A stretch of 64,000 nucleotides of DNA from Octopus sinensis (lineage: Eukaryota), in contig NC_043004.1 of the NCBI RefSeq assembly GCF_006345805.1, positions 58,900,001-58,964,000 of the forward strand. The letters are read 5' to 3'. Positions 49,080 through 62,417 of the stretch are shown one piece after another. How positions within the stretch are numbered: the first letter of the stretch is position 1; each line of letters opens with the position of its first letter. A program made the translations under genes and the position numbers. A model generated the notes under the pieces. The model worked only from the letters and a program-made list of their open reading frames with translations, was not told the origin of the DNA and ran no database searches.

Positions 49080-49279
49080 CATATATACATACATATATAT
49101 ATATACATATATACGACAGGCTTCTTTCAGTTTCCGTCTACTAAATCCACTCACAAGGCTTTGGTCAGCCTGAGGCTATAGTAGAAGACACTTGCCCAAG
49201 GTGCCATGCAGTGGGACTGAACCCAGAACTATGTGGTTGGTAAGCAAGCTACTTACCACACAGCCACTCCTGCACCTAT
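48824..49279 (-). mobile_element. SINE family A inserted in a piggyBac-type MITE remnant
   Basis: Match to the family sequence; MITE sequence lies on both sides (48650-48823 and 49280-49307). Confidence 0.88.
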
Positions 49280-49421
49280 ATGGCTGGACTAAATGCTAAA
49301 ATGTTAAAGACAGTTTTCGATCACATCCATGAATGCTCTCTTCTGTAGCCACTGACTCTTCCCCAGATGGCACACTCTACCTGGTAATTATGTTTCTCCT
49401 ATTTCTCCATATCTCACTCAC

Positions 49422-49606
49422 TTAACCCTTTAGCATTCAGATTGCTCTGTCAAATGTAATGCTTATTTATTCCCATTGTTTTGAATTAATCAATCATTAT
49501 CTTGTAGCTTTGAGATTTCGATGATGTGTTTGTATATTTTTAGGAGCGACATTGTAGGGTAGGTGTGAGAGGCCAGATCTGGCCAGTTTGAATGCTAAAG
49601 GGTTAA
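49422..49606. mobile_element. MITE-2, short form
   Basis: ttaa-ccctttagcattca...tgaatgctaaaggg-ttaa. Confidence 0.88.
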
Positions 49607-49871
49607 TATTATTTTTCACTCACTTGACTGCAGCCCATGCTAGAGCACTGCCTTGAAAGGTTTTAGTCAAACAAATCAACCCCAGGACTTGTTTTTAAGC
49701 CTAGTACTTATTCTATCGGTCTCTTTTGCTAAACTGCTAAGTTATAGGGTTGTAAACACACCAACACCTGTTGTCAAGTGGTGGTGGGGGACAAATGCCG
49801 ACACAAAGATTCACACATAGATATATGCATATGTGTGTGTGTGTGTGTGTGTGAGAGTATATATATATATA

Positions 49872-50032
49872 TCATCATCATCATTGTTTAACGTCCGCTT
49901 TGCATGCTAGCATGCGTTGGACAATTTGACTGAGGTCTGGCAAACCAGATGGCTGCACCAGACTCCAATCTGATCTGGTAGAGTTTCTACAGCTGGATGT
50001 CCTTCCTAACACCAACCACTCCAAGAGTGTAG
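49872..50032 (-). mobile_element. Short RTE 3' end inside a SINE microsatellite
   Basis: (CAT)n plus the conserved terminus. Confidence 0.8.
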
Positions 50033-50041
50033 AATATATAT

Positions 50042-50075
<34 letters not shown>

Positions 50076-50093
50076 CAGAGATGCAGCACGGAC

Positions 50094-50142
50094 TTTGTCA
50101 GTGAACAGGTCGCGGATTTTAGCGACGAAAATATTTGACAAA
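50094..50142 (+). ncRNA. Hammerhead-like motif with a G3-C8 core
   Basis: TTTGTCA-GTGAACA-G-GTCGC(GGATTTTA)GCGAC-GAAA-ATA-TT-TGACAAA. Confidence 0.5.
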
Positions 50143-50280
50143 TTAAACTTAAATGTTGGAGTGAATCGAACGGCTTTTGTGTGTTTCTTAAATGGCTTAT
50201 AAACACCTTCCACGCTGCAATTGTTTTCGTTTCAGCACACGATCTCAGATCAAATTACTTGCTATGCGAATACATCTCCG

Positions 50281-50320
<40 letters not shown>

Positions 50321-51161
50321 TATATATAATGGGTACCTTTCAGTTTCCATTTACCAAATCCATTTACATTTCTATGGCTTGAGGCTATAGAAGGAGACAC
50401 TTGCTCAAGGTGCCTTACTGTGGGACTGAACCCTGAACTATGTGATTTGGAAGTAAGCTTCTTACCACACTGTTAATTATCCTGATCATTAAGAATCCTT
50501 ACCACTCATCTCCATTTTCCTATTCCTGCTTTTCATCTGAAACTCACTGCTCATATTACAAGTTGACCCTTATCTAGCATTTCCATCTGCTTATCACTAT
50601 TTGCAAACAATTATGCAAGTTATACTGGACAAAAAATATTTATAACTTATCCATTAGCATGGGCAGATTATAATGCTGATGAGTTCCAATAGACTGAAAT
50701 ATATTCATAGTTGTTCACAGTCCACAAAGATAAAACTTTCCTTTCTTGAAATCATCTCCCATTTTCTTTGAGAATCACAAATAATTGCTGATAGACCTTT
50801 TTTTTTTAATTTTCTTTCACCTATTAATCTCACCAACTGAATGCCTGCAACATGTATAGGCATTCAGTACATCACCTTCAAAATTGTTTGTACAAACAAC
50901 CACACTCAATCACCAACAAGATCTTTGAAATAAATGAAAACAAACACGTCAAGTACAGGTATTTTACAATTTTGTAATTTCTGGAAAAGTGAACCAAACA
51001 TCTCACTTCTTTTGAAAACAGAAGCTGGATTTCAGAGACATGCAATGATTGGGTGGGAAGGTGTTAAAACAGAAACTGGGGTACGTTAGGGTGTGTATGT
51101 GTATATACTTTTATTAATGTTTGAATATGTGTACATGCATACATGGCTGTAAGTGAGCATA

Positions 51162-51205
<44 letters not shown>

Positions 51206-53322
51206 TCTCAGATGTCCGTATTTATGAACAATGTTGTCTGTTTTTATGATCCGGTATATTTATATATGTTTGTATTCCTATATGTCTTCAAGTATGTATG
51301 CAAGTAGTTATATATAAATACGTGTATTTGTATACATATCAGCAATGCATTAATCAGTGTATAACATAATATATAAACTAATATGAAATAACATGGTCTA
51401 TACCTACGCATGTGTGCTTAGGTACGTATGAATATATTAATATTTATGGCTGTATAAATATATGTACATTAACGCCCACATGCATGTGTGCGTGTATGTA
51501 TGTGTGTATATATGTGTATGTAAGTGTGTGTGATTGTATCTAAGTACTATAAATTTTTATTTTTCCCCTAACTTTTCTTTCTCTTTCTCTCTTTCTCTTT
51601 CTCTACTCGTTCACCTTTTGCATTGACTTTTCATAATAGCAGTCCACCTCTTATCCATGTGTATGTGCATGTGTGTATATTTATGAGTGTGTTACTGCAC
51701 TAACACTTCTAATCTTGAAATCCCATATCGTCTCTTGGCGTGTTATAGATTCTATAACAGTGAGAACAGTAGCTGCTTGGCTGAGTTTATGTGTTATTCA
51801 GCCTGACAATGTTGCAATCCCACTGATTGCTTTCCCGTTGGTAACCTTGTGCTCTCATAAACTACCAAGACACATAATTCTCAACTGGTTCAATCTACAT
51901 TTAGCTTTATAGGCACCATTATGATGGTAAATACAGGTCACCATTAGAACTAGAGCCATTGTGCAACTGATGTTTTGTTTTGTCAATTTGTATGAGAACA
52001 GCTAGATGAAGGGTGGACTGTACATTTGATGGTTAAGTTTATGTTAGCATAATTAAGTCAATGGGCATTAAAATCTAATTAGAAATACTTATGCAATGAG
52101 GAAAAGAAAACCCACTGTATCTTAATGACTAATATTCTAATAATTTTCAGCAAGTATGGGAGATAAATCTGAGCACGTTTCGGCCTTATTAGACCTCATC
52201 AACGGAATAAGATTAAACTTCACCTTACTTGTCACCATAGCAATGAGAGGCTTACTAAGTAGATGTACAACACTGTAAGAGGTAGACATAGAAAATTAGC
52301 ATATTTAAAATAAATAAATCATTAAGATATAAATGAAAATCTGTTGTAGCAACAACAAAAAAAAAAAGAGAAAAAAATCTATAAATCATCTTAACCCTAC
52401 ACCCTGAATGTTTTCTATTTATTATTATTATCATTATCATTATTATTATCATTATTATTATTATTATCATTATCATTATTATTATCATTATTATTATTAT
52501 TGATGATAATCATAATAATGAATACATGTGACTTATTTTTTAATTGGAATTCAGCTGTTGTTTCAATTTAGTTGCTGGTGGTGGTGGTATTGTTGTCAGT
52601 GGTATTGTTGATATAACAGTGAGAGAGAGAGAGAGAGAGGGAGAGAAAGAGGGAGGGATAGAGAAGGAGAGAGAGTGAAAAGGAGAACAAAAGGGAGAGC
52701 AAGAAAGAGAAAGGGATGGTTGTAGTGAAGGGATGAAGGTTGGGAAAAGAAAGGAAAAAAAGAAAAAAGGAAAACAAAACAAAAACAAAACATAAACAAC
52801 AAAAACAACGTTGCTGTCATTGAAAGAATAGAGAGTCTGAAGAATTTTCAGGCGAAGTTTTGAAGACAGAAATATAAATATTGTTTTGACAATTTTTTGA
52901 AAAATAACAGATTATTTCAGAAAAATAACAACAGAATATTTTTGAAAAAAAAAAATAAATAAATAACTGTTGTCATCTCCATCTTCCTTCTCCTCTTCTT
53001 AATTAGCATCATCATCATCATCATCATCATCATCATACTTCCATGTTTGTTTTTGTTTGTTTTTCACAATCGTTTCTGCATGAAGCATCCACGTTTTTTG
53101 TTTTTAATTTTTTTTTGTTATTTTTAATTTGTCCCCTTCATCCATAACCCTTGTGGCAAAAAGAAAAAAAAATACAATTATTATTATTATTATTATTATT
53201 ATTAGTAGTAGTAGTATTTCTACTGCTATTACTGCCAAATGATTTTGCACTAGTCAATTAAAAAATCAAAAACTATTTTTGCTAATTGCAAAACTATTGT
53301 AACTATTATCCTTATGATTTAC

Positions 53323-53339
53323 TAGTAGTTGTAGTAGTG

Positions 53340-53434
<95 letters not shown>
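53323..53434. repeat. (TAG)n microsatellite
   Basis: Directly visible. Confidence 0.95.
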
Positions 53435-53435
<1 letters not shown>

Positions 53436-53645
53436 ACTGTTGCCTTGAAAGGTAACTAGGTTTCAAATTAAAATTGTACAACTGTTGGAAGGAAGTATAG
53501 GAATGATTGGTTAATTTTATAATAAATAATGAATGAGATCTTTTTTGTTTACGATTTAACCAACCGGAGCTGTTGAAAATTCTGTGTTAATCAATTACCA
53601 GAATTTGCATGAGTCACTCCTAATTCTTCATAAATACATCTACTG

Positions 53646-53683
<38 letters not shown>

Positions 53684-54246
53684 ATATATATATGAAGACT
53701 AAGTCATTGACCACTAGAGCAATATATAAAAAATGAGTTGATCTTAGGAAGATACAAATTTACATTTGAAGAGTTCTCTGTAACTTCTGTCTTGGATCAG
53801 TGTTTCTCATAGAAGTAGGGTGCCAAGAGGACTGAAAAAGAGGTGGCCATATACCCAAGCTGTTTAATAAAATTAAGATTTTAAACATTTTAAATTTGTT
53901 CAGCATTGTAACCTGAAAGAGGAATTACATAGTTGTTAAATCTTTTATTTATCCATTTTATTTGGAAAGGCTGGTATTTGTTAGTCTGAGACCCACTTCT
54001 TAAGATTCTATTATTGTAGTTCAGTTAAAGGTTATTTACAATAGATGGTCAGTCGTAAGATCATTCAATCTTTTATGAATATTGTCTACCTGGATTGATG
54101 CTAAAAAGTGCATTTAATTTCTTTTGCGAGTAAGTTTTAACTAATTGCCCCTCCATATATTAGTTATACATACTTGTATATCTTATCCATATCTGAAAGC
54201 TAACATACACATACACACACACACACACATAATACATATGTACAGT

Positions 54247-54262
54247 TAGATAGATAGATAGT

Positions 54263-54334
<72 letters not shown>
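54247..54334. repeat. (TAGA)n microsatellite
   Basis: Directly visible. Confidence 0.95.
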
Positions 54335-54519
54335 AAAAGAGTTAATTTCAGTATGTTTACCAAAAATATATTTAATACATATGTATTTGTTTCAATGTAT
54401 TCTACAGTGCATTAAAAAAGAATTATATATAGTTCTTTAGATTAAAAACTTTGTTATTGAATCAGTTCAAACAAAGCTTAGTTTCTTTGAAACTTAAATC
54501 TTGTAGAATATATCTGTTG

Positions 54520-54554
54520 CTACTACTGCTGCTGCTACTACTACTACTACTACA

Positions 54555-54597
<43 letters not shown>
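54520..54597. repeat. (CTA)n microsatellite
   Basis: Directly visible. Confidence 0.95.
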
Positions 54598-55233
54598 ACT
54601 TCCTATAATACAGACATAACCTACATATTGTATTCAAATTATGTTTGCAATCACTCAAAATTTTTAGTTTCCCACAATAAAAGGAAATATTTGAAAATAA
54701 CGAAATTTGTTTGGAACTTTTGTTACAGTTTCCAAAGGATTTTGTGTTTTTATTTTTATTTTTAGAAAACGTCAGTACCAAAAATTTTCCAAAAAACACT
54801 TTGGCCCGAAAAAGTTTTGCATAGGAAAAGAAATACCTAAGTATCTTCTTAGAAATGTATTCTATTGTATGTTAGCCTATGACGTTTTCTAGCATAATCT
54901 AAGCCCAACCCAAAACAAAGAGAATAACTTCGAAACAGAATTAATGGTTGAGATGATTGCAAATACCAGAGAAGCTAACATCTGGTGAAAAAAAAAAAAA
55001 AATTTTTAATGGAAAAAAATGTAGGTAAGTTATATATCTTTGCCAGATTTCAACATTCGTATCATAATGTAGAAAGAAAAAAAATTAATGAAATTTTTTT
55101 TTCTGCCAACACTCAAACAAACTGCAGGAAGTTACTATAGAAGTAAAATTGAAACAGTTCTGCACAATCAGAAATAAATTAAAGTTTAACCAGATAATAA
55201 CAAAAAAAAGTGCATAGCTTGTCAGTAACTTAA

Positions 55234-55265
<32 letters not shown>

Positions 55266-56529
55266 GTCTATCTGTCTGTCTGTCTTTCTTTCTAAGAATT
55301 GGCTCACATTTATCTTGTCATCTCAACACAGAAGTAGATTACTAAAACTATAGCTGTTATGCATCAGCAAGTATGACTTAGTAGCATGTGCTTTCACTAA
55401 TTGTTTTAGATGCTTATGGAGTCATGAGCAGACATAGACACACCCTCATCTCTCCCTCCCGTGACTCAGTAGAACATCAAGGATGCGACTACCGCAAGGA
55501 GAGAAGGCTGCACTCACATCCAGCCGTTACTCATTTTTTCAGTTGAACAGACTGGAGCAATGTGAAACGAGGTGCCTTGCTCAAAGAATAAAACTCACAA
55601 CCTCATGATCAGGAATTCAATGCCCCTAACCACGAGGCCATTTAGCTCTCATTAAATTACGAGTTTTTAAATTTAAGTATTACTCGAATATAAAATTATG
55701 TCAGCAGAATGAATGACCAACTTTATATCTCTAGGTTTTGGACCAAAATCTGTGAGGCACCAACCAAATGAAATACTTTAAAGAATTCACTATACCAATT
55801 GTAATTTTCTACAATTTTCTCAAAAAATGTTTTCCAAGCCGTTTAATATATGACTTTGATGAATTTGAACTCTCACTCATTCTATCATCACTGATTTCTG
55901 ATAGTATGCACCTCCCTTTTTCTCTCTCTCATTCTTCCTCCACCTTTTTTCTCTAATTTTGAAATCTTCCAGAAGTTTCTTTCTATCATAACTAGCACAC
56001 TGGATGGGGTCCTTGCATATACTGCTTAACATGTTTGTAAGGTTGATTGGAACCGGAGAACAATCTTACAAACTAGTGGCAGAAAGTATGCCCATGTTCA
56101 TGTATTGATATATATTGAATGATGAGCCTTGGAAATAGTTATTTTTCGATAAATCTAATAAAGGGAGAAATAAATCGAAAAATAAAATCCACAAAAATCA
56201 ATACCATTCAATATTTATATAAAGAACCAAAAAAGAAATGTTAGGATTTCATCTAATTTGTATCCCTGAATTTTCAAGGAAACAAATCAGATGTGAAATT
56301 GAGAAAGGGGCTAAGCCAGTGACAAAATACTGTAAGTCTGGTGCCACTGTGGTATTTTCACTCACCACCTTTCTCTGTTGTTCCATTGTTATATAACCCA
56401 TTTTGAAAAACTTGCTAACTGCACACTCTTCTTTCAATACACAATCATACACATACTTTTGAATTTTTTCTAAAATTTTATCTTAATAAATTATGTTTCT
56501 CTACAATAATCCACAGCCATATTAATAAT

Positions 56530-56744
56530 GGTTTCAAAATTTGGCACACGGCCAGTAATATTCAGGAAAATGAGTAAGTCGCTTACATTGACCCCAGTGT
56601 TCAACTGGTACTTATTTTATCGACCCCAAAAGGATGAAAGGCAAAGTCGACCTTGGCGGAATTTGAACACAGAACATAAAGACAGATGAAATGCTGCTAA
56701 GCATTTTGCCTGGCTTGCTAATGGTTCTGCCAACTAACCACCTT
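56530..56744 (-). mobile_element. SINE family B
   Basis: Match to the family sequence. Confidence 0.8.
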
Positions 56745-57367
56745 ATTAACAGCCATATTAACAATGATCTGATATGAAGTGATGTGAGATATAATCAGTT
56801 GAGTCAGCAAGAGTTTATTTATCTATCTATGAGGTATCAAGAGCAAAGCAGGCCCTACTAGATTAAATTTTGGAACTTAGAGTAAATAAAACTAAATGTT
56901 CCAACACAGATAGTCCATTAATTAGTTTCTTATAGCCTTATAGAATCACTCATTTCTAATTTAGATGCAGAGCTACATAGATTTCTATTGACTAAAGAAT
57001 TATGAATTTGATGTAATGGATGTTTTAGAAGAAGACTTACAGAATTTATGTAAGAATTTGGTATACATATTACATGACTGATTAATTCTACATTGGAGTT
57101 TGTCAACAAAATGGTAAATGAGGAAATATTAAAAAAAAATTTTTACACTTAGTCAAAACATAGAACACAAAGAAAATAATATCTATTGGGCAAATTCTGT
57201 GAAATAATATTTTTCTTTTCTGTTTCTTGTCATTGAGATTTCCAAAACTTTCATTGCAAATTGATTGTTAATAACACTGATCAATTTAATCTATTAGTTT
57301 GTCTGAGAATCATTGACTTCTTTGCTCCAAGATTCATATAAGAACATTTAACATGGATACATCTTAA

Positions 57368-57468
57368 ACATACACATTCACATACATACATTCACACATA
57401 CATACATACATATATACATACATACATATATACGTACATATATACATACATACATACACACATACATG

Positions 57469-57499
<31 letters not shown>

Positions 57500-57661
57500 G
57501 CGTACATGCATATATACATACATACATACACACATACATACATACATGCATACATACATACATACACTACTGTCTGTTATCAGCATATTGGCATAGAAAT
57601 AATTTTCTTTAGCTCATGTTTATAAGTTGTATATATATATATATATATGTATATCTGTATG

Positions 57662-57724
<63 letters not shown>

Positions 57725-57742
57725 TCACACACACACACATAT
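57368..57742. repeat. (CATA)n and (TA)n microsatellites
   Basis: Directly visible. Confidence 0.95.
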
Positions 57743-58798
57743 ATTACCACTGCTGCGACTGTCACCATCACCACCACCATTTTAACTTCCGCTTTTTACG
57801 ATAGCATGGGGGTCAGTTGATATATGCGTGTGTGTGTGTGTATGTGTGCAGATTTGGAAGTGCACATGCATGGGTGTATGTGCACATAGTCATCGATTTT
57901 GTAATCATATAATACTTGATACATGCACATATATACACATACAAACACCATCATTGCAATACGTATACTGGTATTCTGAAATACACATTGTCAGACGCCA
58001 CATTGCAAAAACAACAAAGTAATAATAATAATAACAATAATAATAATAATAATAATAAAATCTTTCAAACAAACTACATTATGAACTCCTGTCTAAACAC
58101 AGTCATTATTGTTGATCCATTTGACGACTGAATTAATTTGAAGTATTTCTCTAATTTTTTTTCCCTCGTTATTTTATCGTATCATTTTAAAATCTAAAAT
58201 AACTTCTTATTTCAAACTTTGCCAATAGCTCTCTTCATAATCGTTGCTGTCCATGTTGTTGTTATTGTCGATGACAGTGATGATGATGTTGATGATGATG
58301 ATGATGATGCTGATGATGATGGTGACTACTGCGCTTGCCATTACTTACATTTCCTCGCAAAGGCCTTCTTGCCCCACCCCCTGAAGCAGCGTTGTCTGAA
58401 TTAAGGTTTTCATCGATGATGGCTGTAACCGTTATTGTTGTTGTTGTTGTTCTCGTTGCTGTTGTCGTTGGCGTTGTTGTTGTTAAAGAACGATCTACCC
58501 GTAATGAGATGGTTGCCAGGGTAAACCGTGTCAGTAAATAGGATAGGCTGGGTCGACTGGGTAAAGAAAGAACAGGTATGTTGAACGGGCAGAAACCCCC
58601 GACAGAATTCGACAGAAGTGGAGAAGGGAGCAACGGGGTGGGAGTGGGGTGGGTGTAACCAATTGAGTTACTTGCTTTGTCTATAACCATAACAATAATA
58701 TTAATATTAATAATAATTATTATGATTTCTATCGTTTCAACCTTGATTAACACTTTTTTTTCCATCTCTGGATTCATTACCAAGCTTTGTTAAATATA

Positions 58799-58829
<31 letters not shown>

Positions 58830-59009
58830 GCATGCATGTATATATGTATATATACATATATATATTATATATTTTGTTTTATTTTTCCTTGCTTGTTTAC
58901 CGTAAATTTTAAAAATTTTCCTTGCTTTATGTTGCTTTTTTGTGTTTTTTTTATATATATATTAGCTGTTTTTGTGTTTTTTGTCTTGTTTTTTGTTTGT
59001 TTTTAAGTT

Positions 59010-60781
59010 TCAACTACTCAGAGCTTCGAACTCATCGAAAGTCATTGAATCAAGTCTCCTGGGTGCTTGGTGCACAAGTGGCAGACCCGAATCTTCTGAA
59101 TTATCATCATCTTCCGAGTTACTGCTCGGTTGTAATTGGGGGCAGATCTCATCATAAGAAGATGGCTTTTTCTCTATGTTAATGGCTTTAGATTGCTGTT
59201 GTGGCTGTTGTTGTTGTTGTTGTTTTTGTTGTTGTTGTTGTTTTGTTCGTGGTGTAAATGTGGTCTTAGCCGGTGCCTTTGAAGACACGAAGGCCGATGA
59301 TGCAAAGGAGCTCAATGTAGGAACATAGCTCTTATTATTAGCATCGTTTAAACTGAGTTTGTTACCACAGCCACTATTAATGTTGCTACAGCTGCCATTA
59401 CTGCTGTTACTAGTATTACTGCCACCTCTCACTCCATGGTTGCTGCCATTTGCAGTTATGTTTGCGACTGTAGACGAAATACAACTAGTCGGGACCGAAC
59501 CCCCCAAACTGAGGTTGTTCACGTGGATTTTGTTTTTCAACAGGTAATTTGAAGTTGACGTGGTTATTGTTGTTGCGTTAGTTGATAAAGCTGTTGTGGC
59601 TGTTGTGCTGGTGGTCGTCGTCGATAATAAAGCCCCTGGGATCGGCGTTGTTGTTGATAGTGCTGTCGCTGTTGACGCCGTCGTTGTTGTCGTCGCCATT
59701 TGACCAGGTGTCCCTTTGCCAATTGACATCCTACCTGACAAAGACGATGTCGAAGTAGAAGCTGAAAATGAGCAAGAAGAAGACGACGACGATGAAGACG
59801 ATGACGATGATGACAACGACAAGGATGATAAAGGTGTGATGTGGTTACTTTCTGTCGACTGGTAACTTTCAATTGTTCCTGGTCGATGCTGTGTGGGATT
59901 CAACAAGGCCGAATTGGTTAAAGAAGAAGAATAATACATGTTATCCGATAGCTGGTTCCTCTTATTCAGCTGTTGTGTGTTTGCATTGCTATCTCTATAG
60001 TTTGAAGAAAGGCTGTCTAAGTCGGCCGACAGAGGGCGCGACGTTCTTGAGTATTTGGGCGGTGGATCCAACTTTGGTGCTACGTTTAGTTTCAATTCAA
60101 GGCGATTGCCACTTGCATCCTGAGCTGGCACTGGGGTAATGATTTTGATATCATCTCGTTTTTTAGGCGAACACTTTGTGAATGGATTATAGGTGTTGTT
60201 ATTATTGTTGTTGTTCATGTTGTATTCAATGTTGTTCATGGTCGTGGTGCTGTTGTTGTTGTTGTTGTTGTTGGCATTGGTGTTGTTAATATTGTTGTTG
60301 TTGTTGCTGTTGTTGTTGTTGTTATTGTGGGTGCTGCTGCTGCCACTACTATTAATGCTAACACCATTACTGTTAATATGAACTTTGTTGCTATGTACAT
60401 GTTGTTGTTGTTGTTGTTGTTGTTGTTGTGTTGTTGCTGTTTTTGTTGCTGTTGATATAGAGGAACATTGTGATTATGCAATTGTTGTTGTTGTTGCTGA
60501 TTGTTGTGGCTCATTTTAATCTGTTGAGCCAATGGGTATCGGCAATAACTATTGTACTGCCAACTCTTAGAGTCCAAACCACTGGTCAGATTGCAAGATA
60601 GACTATCAGACGACATTTCTCTGTGACCACTGTCCGGAGAATCTGTGTCTTGTTCTGTTTTGGTATTCTCAAACAAGGCAGTTTCCGGAATTGAGTTTAA
60701 GTAGGTACTGTCTACATCCCGGAAGTCAGGCAGATAGACAGGACCAGACTGAGGGGTCGTCGGATCAGGCAAGACAGGAAT
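59010..60781 (-). CDS. NOS1AP: NOS1AP/CAPON-like terminal coding exon, low-complexity, with an apparent 1-nt frameshift near 60430
   Basis: Acceptor cttttgttccctttag, in phase with the previous exon (IPVLPDPTTPQSGP...DSPDSGHREMSS). ORFs 60236-60772 and 59010-60239 join if one base is restored in a CAA run. Ends ...DSMTFDEFEALSS*. Confidence 0.8.
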
Positions 60782-61573
60782 CTAAAGGGAACAAAAGAGA
60801 AAATGGATGAGATTTTTAAAATAATCAATACTTTAATTGTGTAATAGCCATCATATATGAATTATCAATATTAGGTTGTTGTCCATCTCAACACTGCTGT
60901 AAAAATATTTGTTAATCATGTATGTACCTTCATAAATTCTTCAAAGTAAAAGTCTTTTGTGTTGTTTCTATGTTGAAGGACATACAGAAGCACACACACA
61001 CACACATACAACTGAAGAGAAACTGTATGTATTATATATACATATAGACTTTGTTTGAAGTCTGTGTTGTGTTGTGTCGACAGACTTGCACTTAAAATTC
61101 CCACGTTTTTAATCAAAATTTGTTAGTTACTAAGGTGACAATGTTACCTATTTATCTATCTTTTATACACACACACACACTCTCTCTCTGTCTCTCTCAC
61201 TGTATTCTCTCTCAATAACTTTCTCTCCTCCCCTTCTCTCTCTCAATACAGATGGTGTTACAGATAGACAGACAGAGATTAGTTTCTCTTTTATAATATA
61301 AGATTTAGAATAACAGTTACTTATTGATCCTGTTGAGGTTTTTTAAGGGTAGAGTGTTTGCTTTATCAATGAAATAAAATTTTCTTATGTGCAAACTCAT
61401 CTACACACATACATAAACACATACATACACACACACATATATACAGGATTGTCACAACAACTTACTGGGCCTGCCACCTGAGTCTTTCTAGTGTCTTTCC
61501 TCATCTATCAGAAACACTGAATTAAAACAACGGAAAAGAAGAGGAATGAAAATTTCCAGTTTGTGTCACTTAC

Positions 61574-61714
61574 CTGTAATGTTGTTTGATAAAGTTGCTC
61601 TGAACTTGCAGTAAATCCACCGGCCTTCATCTCTAGATCTTGCATCCGACTAATTAGCTGGGCCACGTGATCGAGAAGGTCCCGATTGTGAAGCAGTAAC
61701 TGATGAGATCGAGC
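61574..61714 (-). CDS. NOS1AP: NOS1AP/CAPON-like coding exon (coiled coil)
   Basis: Acceptor ttctttctag, donor gtaagt, 141 nt, phase 0. ARSHQLLLHNRDLLDHVAQLISRMQDLEMK continues the CAPON motif ARVHQLLLQNKDMLQHISLLVKQVQELE. Not in the ORF track. Confidence 0.92.
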
Positions 61715-61899
61715 CTAGAAAGAAGACATGAAAAAAGAGTTGCTTCTGTTTCCTTGTTACTGCTCTTTGTTTCTTCCTCTCTCTCTCACTCTCTCTCTCT
61801 CTCTTGCTGAATCTCTCTCACTCTCTGTCACCCTCTCTCTGTATATTTCTCACTCTTGTTCATTCTTTTTCTCTCTGTATATCTCTCACTATCTTTCCT

Positions 61900-61930
<31 letters not shown>

Positions 61931-62417
61931 ATCTCTCACTCTCTTTCATTTCCCACCTTATCTCTCACCTTTTCTTTTCCTGGTGATAGATACATATACT
62001 CACTTACACATACATGCAAACACGCACATGCATGCACACAAGCATGCATACACACACACACACACACACAATGAGTTTCCACACAGTATCCATCAATCAA
62101 GTCCACACACAAGGCATTGGTCAGTCCAGGGCCACAGAAGACACATGCCCAAAGTGCTGTGCAGTGAGACTGAACCCAAAATCAAGGAGTTGCAAAGCAA
62201 GTATCTTAACCACACAACCATGCCTACACTATATGCACACACACACACACGCTCATATTTTTTGGGGGTGGAATTCTGGCTTAAGCTCCCCAAATAACCC
62301 TTCATAGCTTTTCAATCAGAAAATTTTTGCAATTTTGTGTTCTATACAGGAATTCATACCATTATGCAAAAAAAGAAATTTTTGATGTTTTCAATATTTT
62401 TCTCCTCATAAACACAT

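Larger units (their letters stand above)
49610..50470 (-). mobile_element. Older SINE family A copy split by two insertions in its microsatellite
   Basis: 3' half 49610-49850 and 5' half 50330-50470. Confidence 0.75.

Noticed and set aside
53266-54765. Poly-Leu ORFs resembling signal or transmembrane peptides
   Set aside because: Products of (TAG)n and (CTA)n microsatellites.
58262-58783. 173-aa minus-strand ORF downstream of the NOS1AP stop
   Set aside because: Low-complexity, no recognisable homology, and no convincing splice link to the gene.
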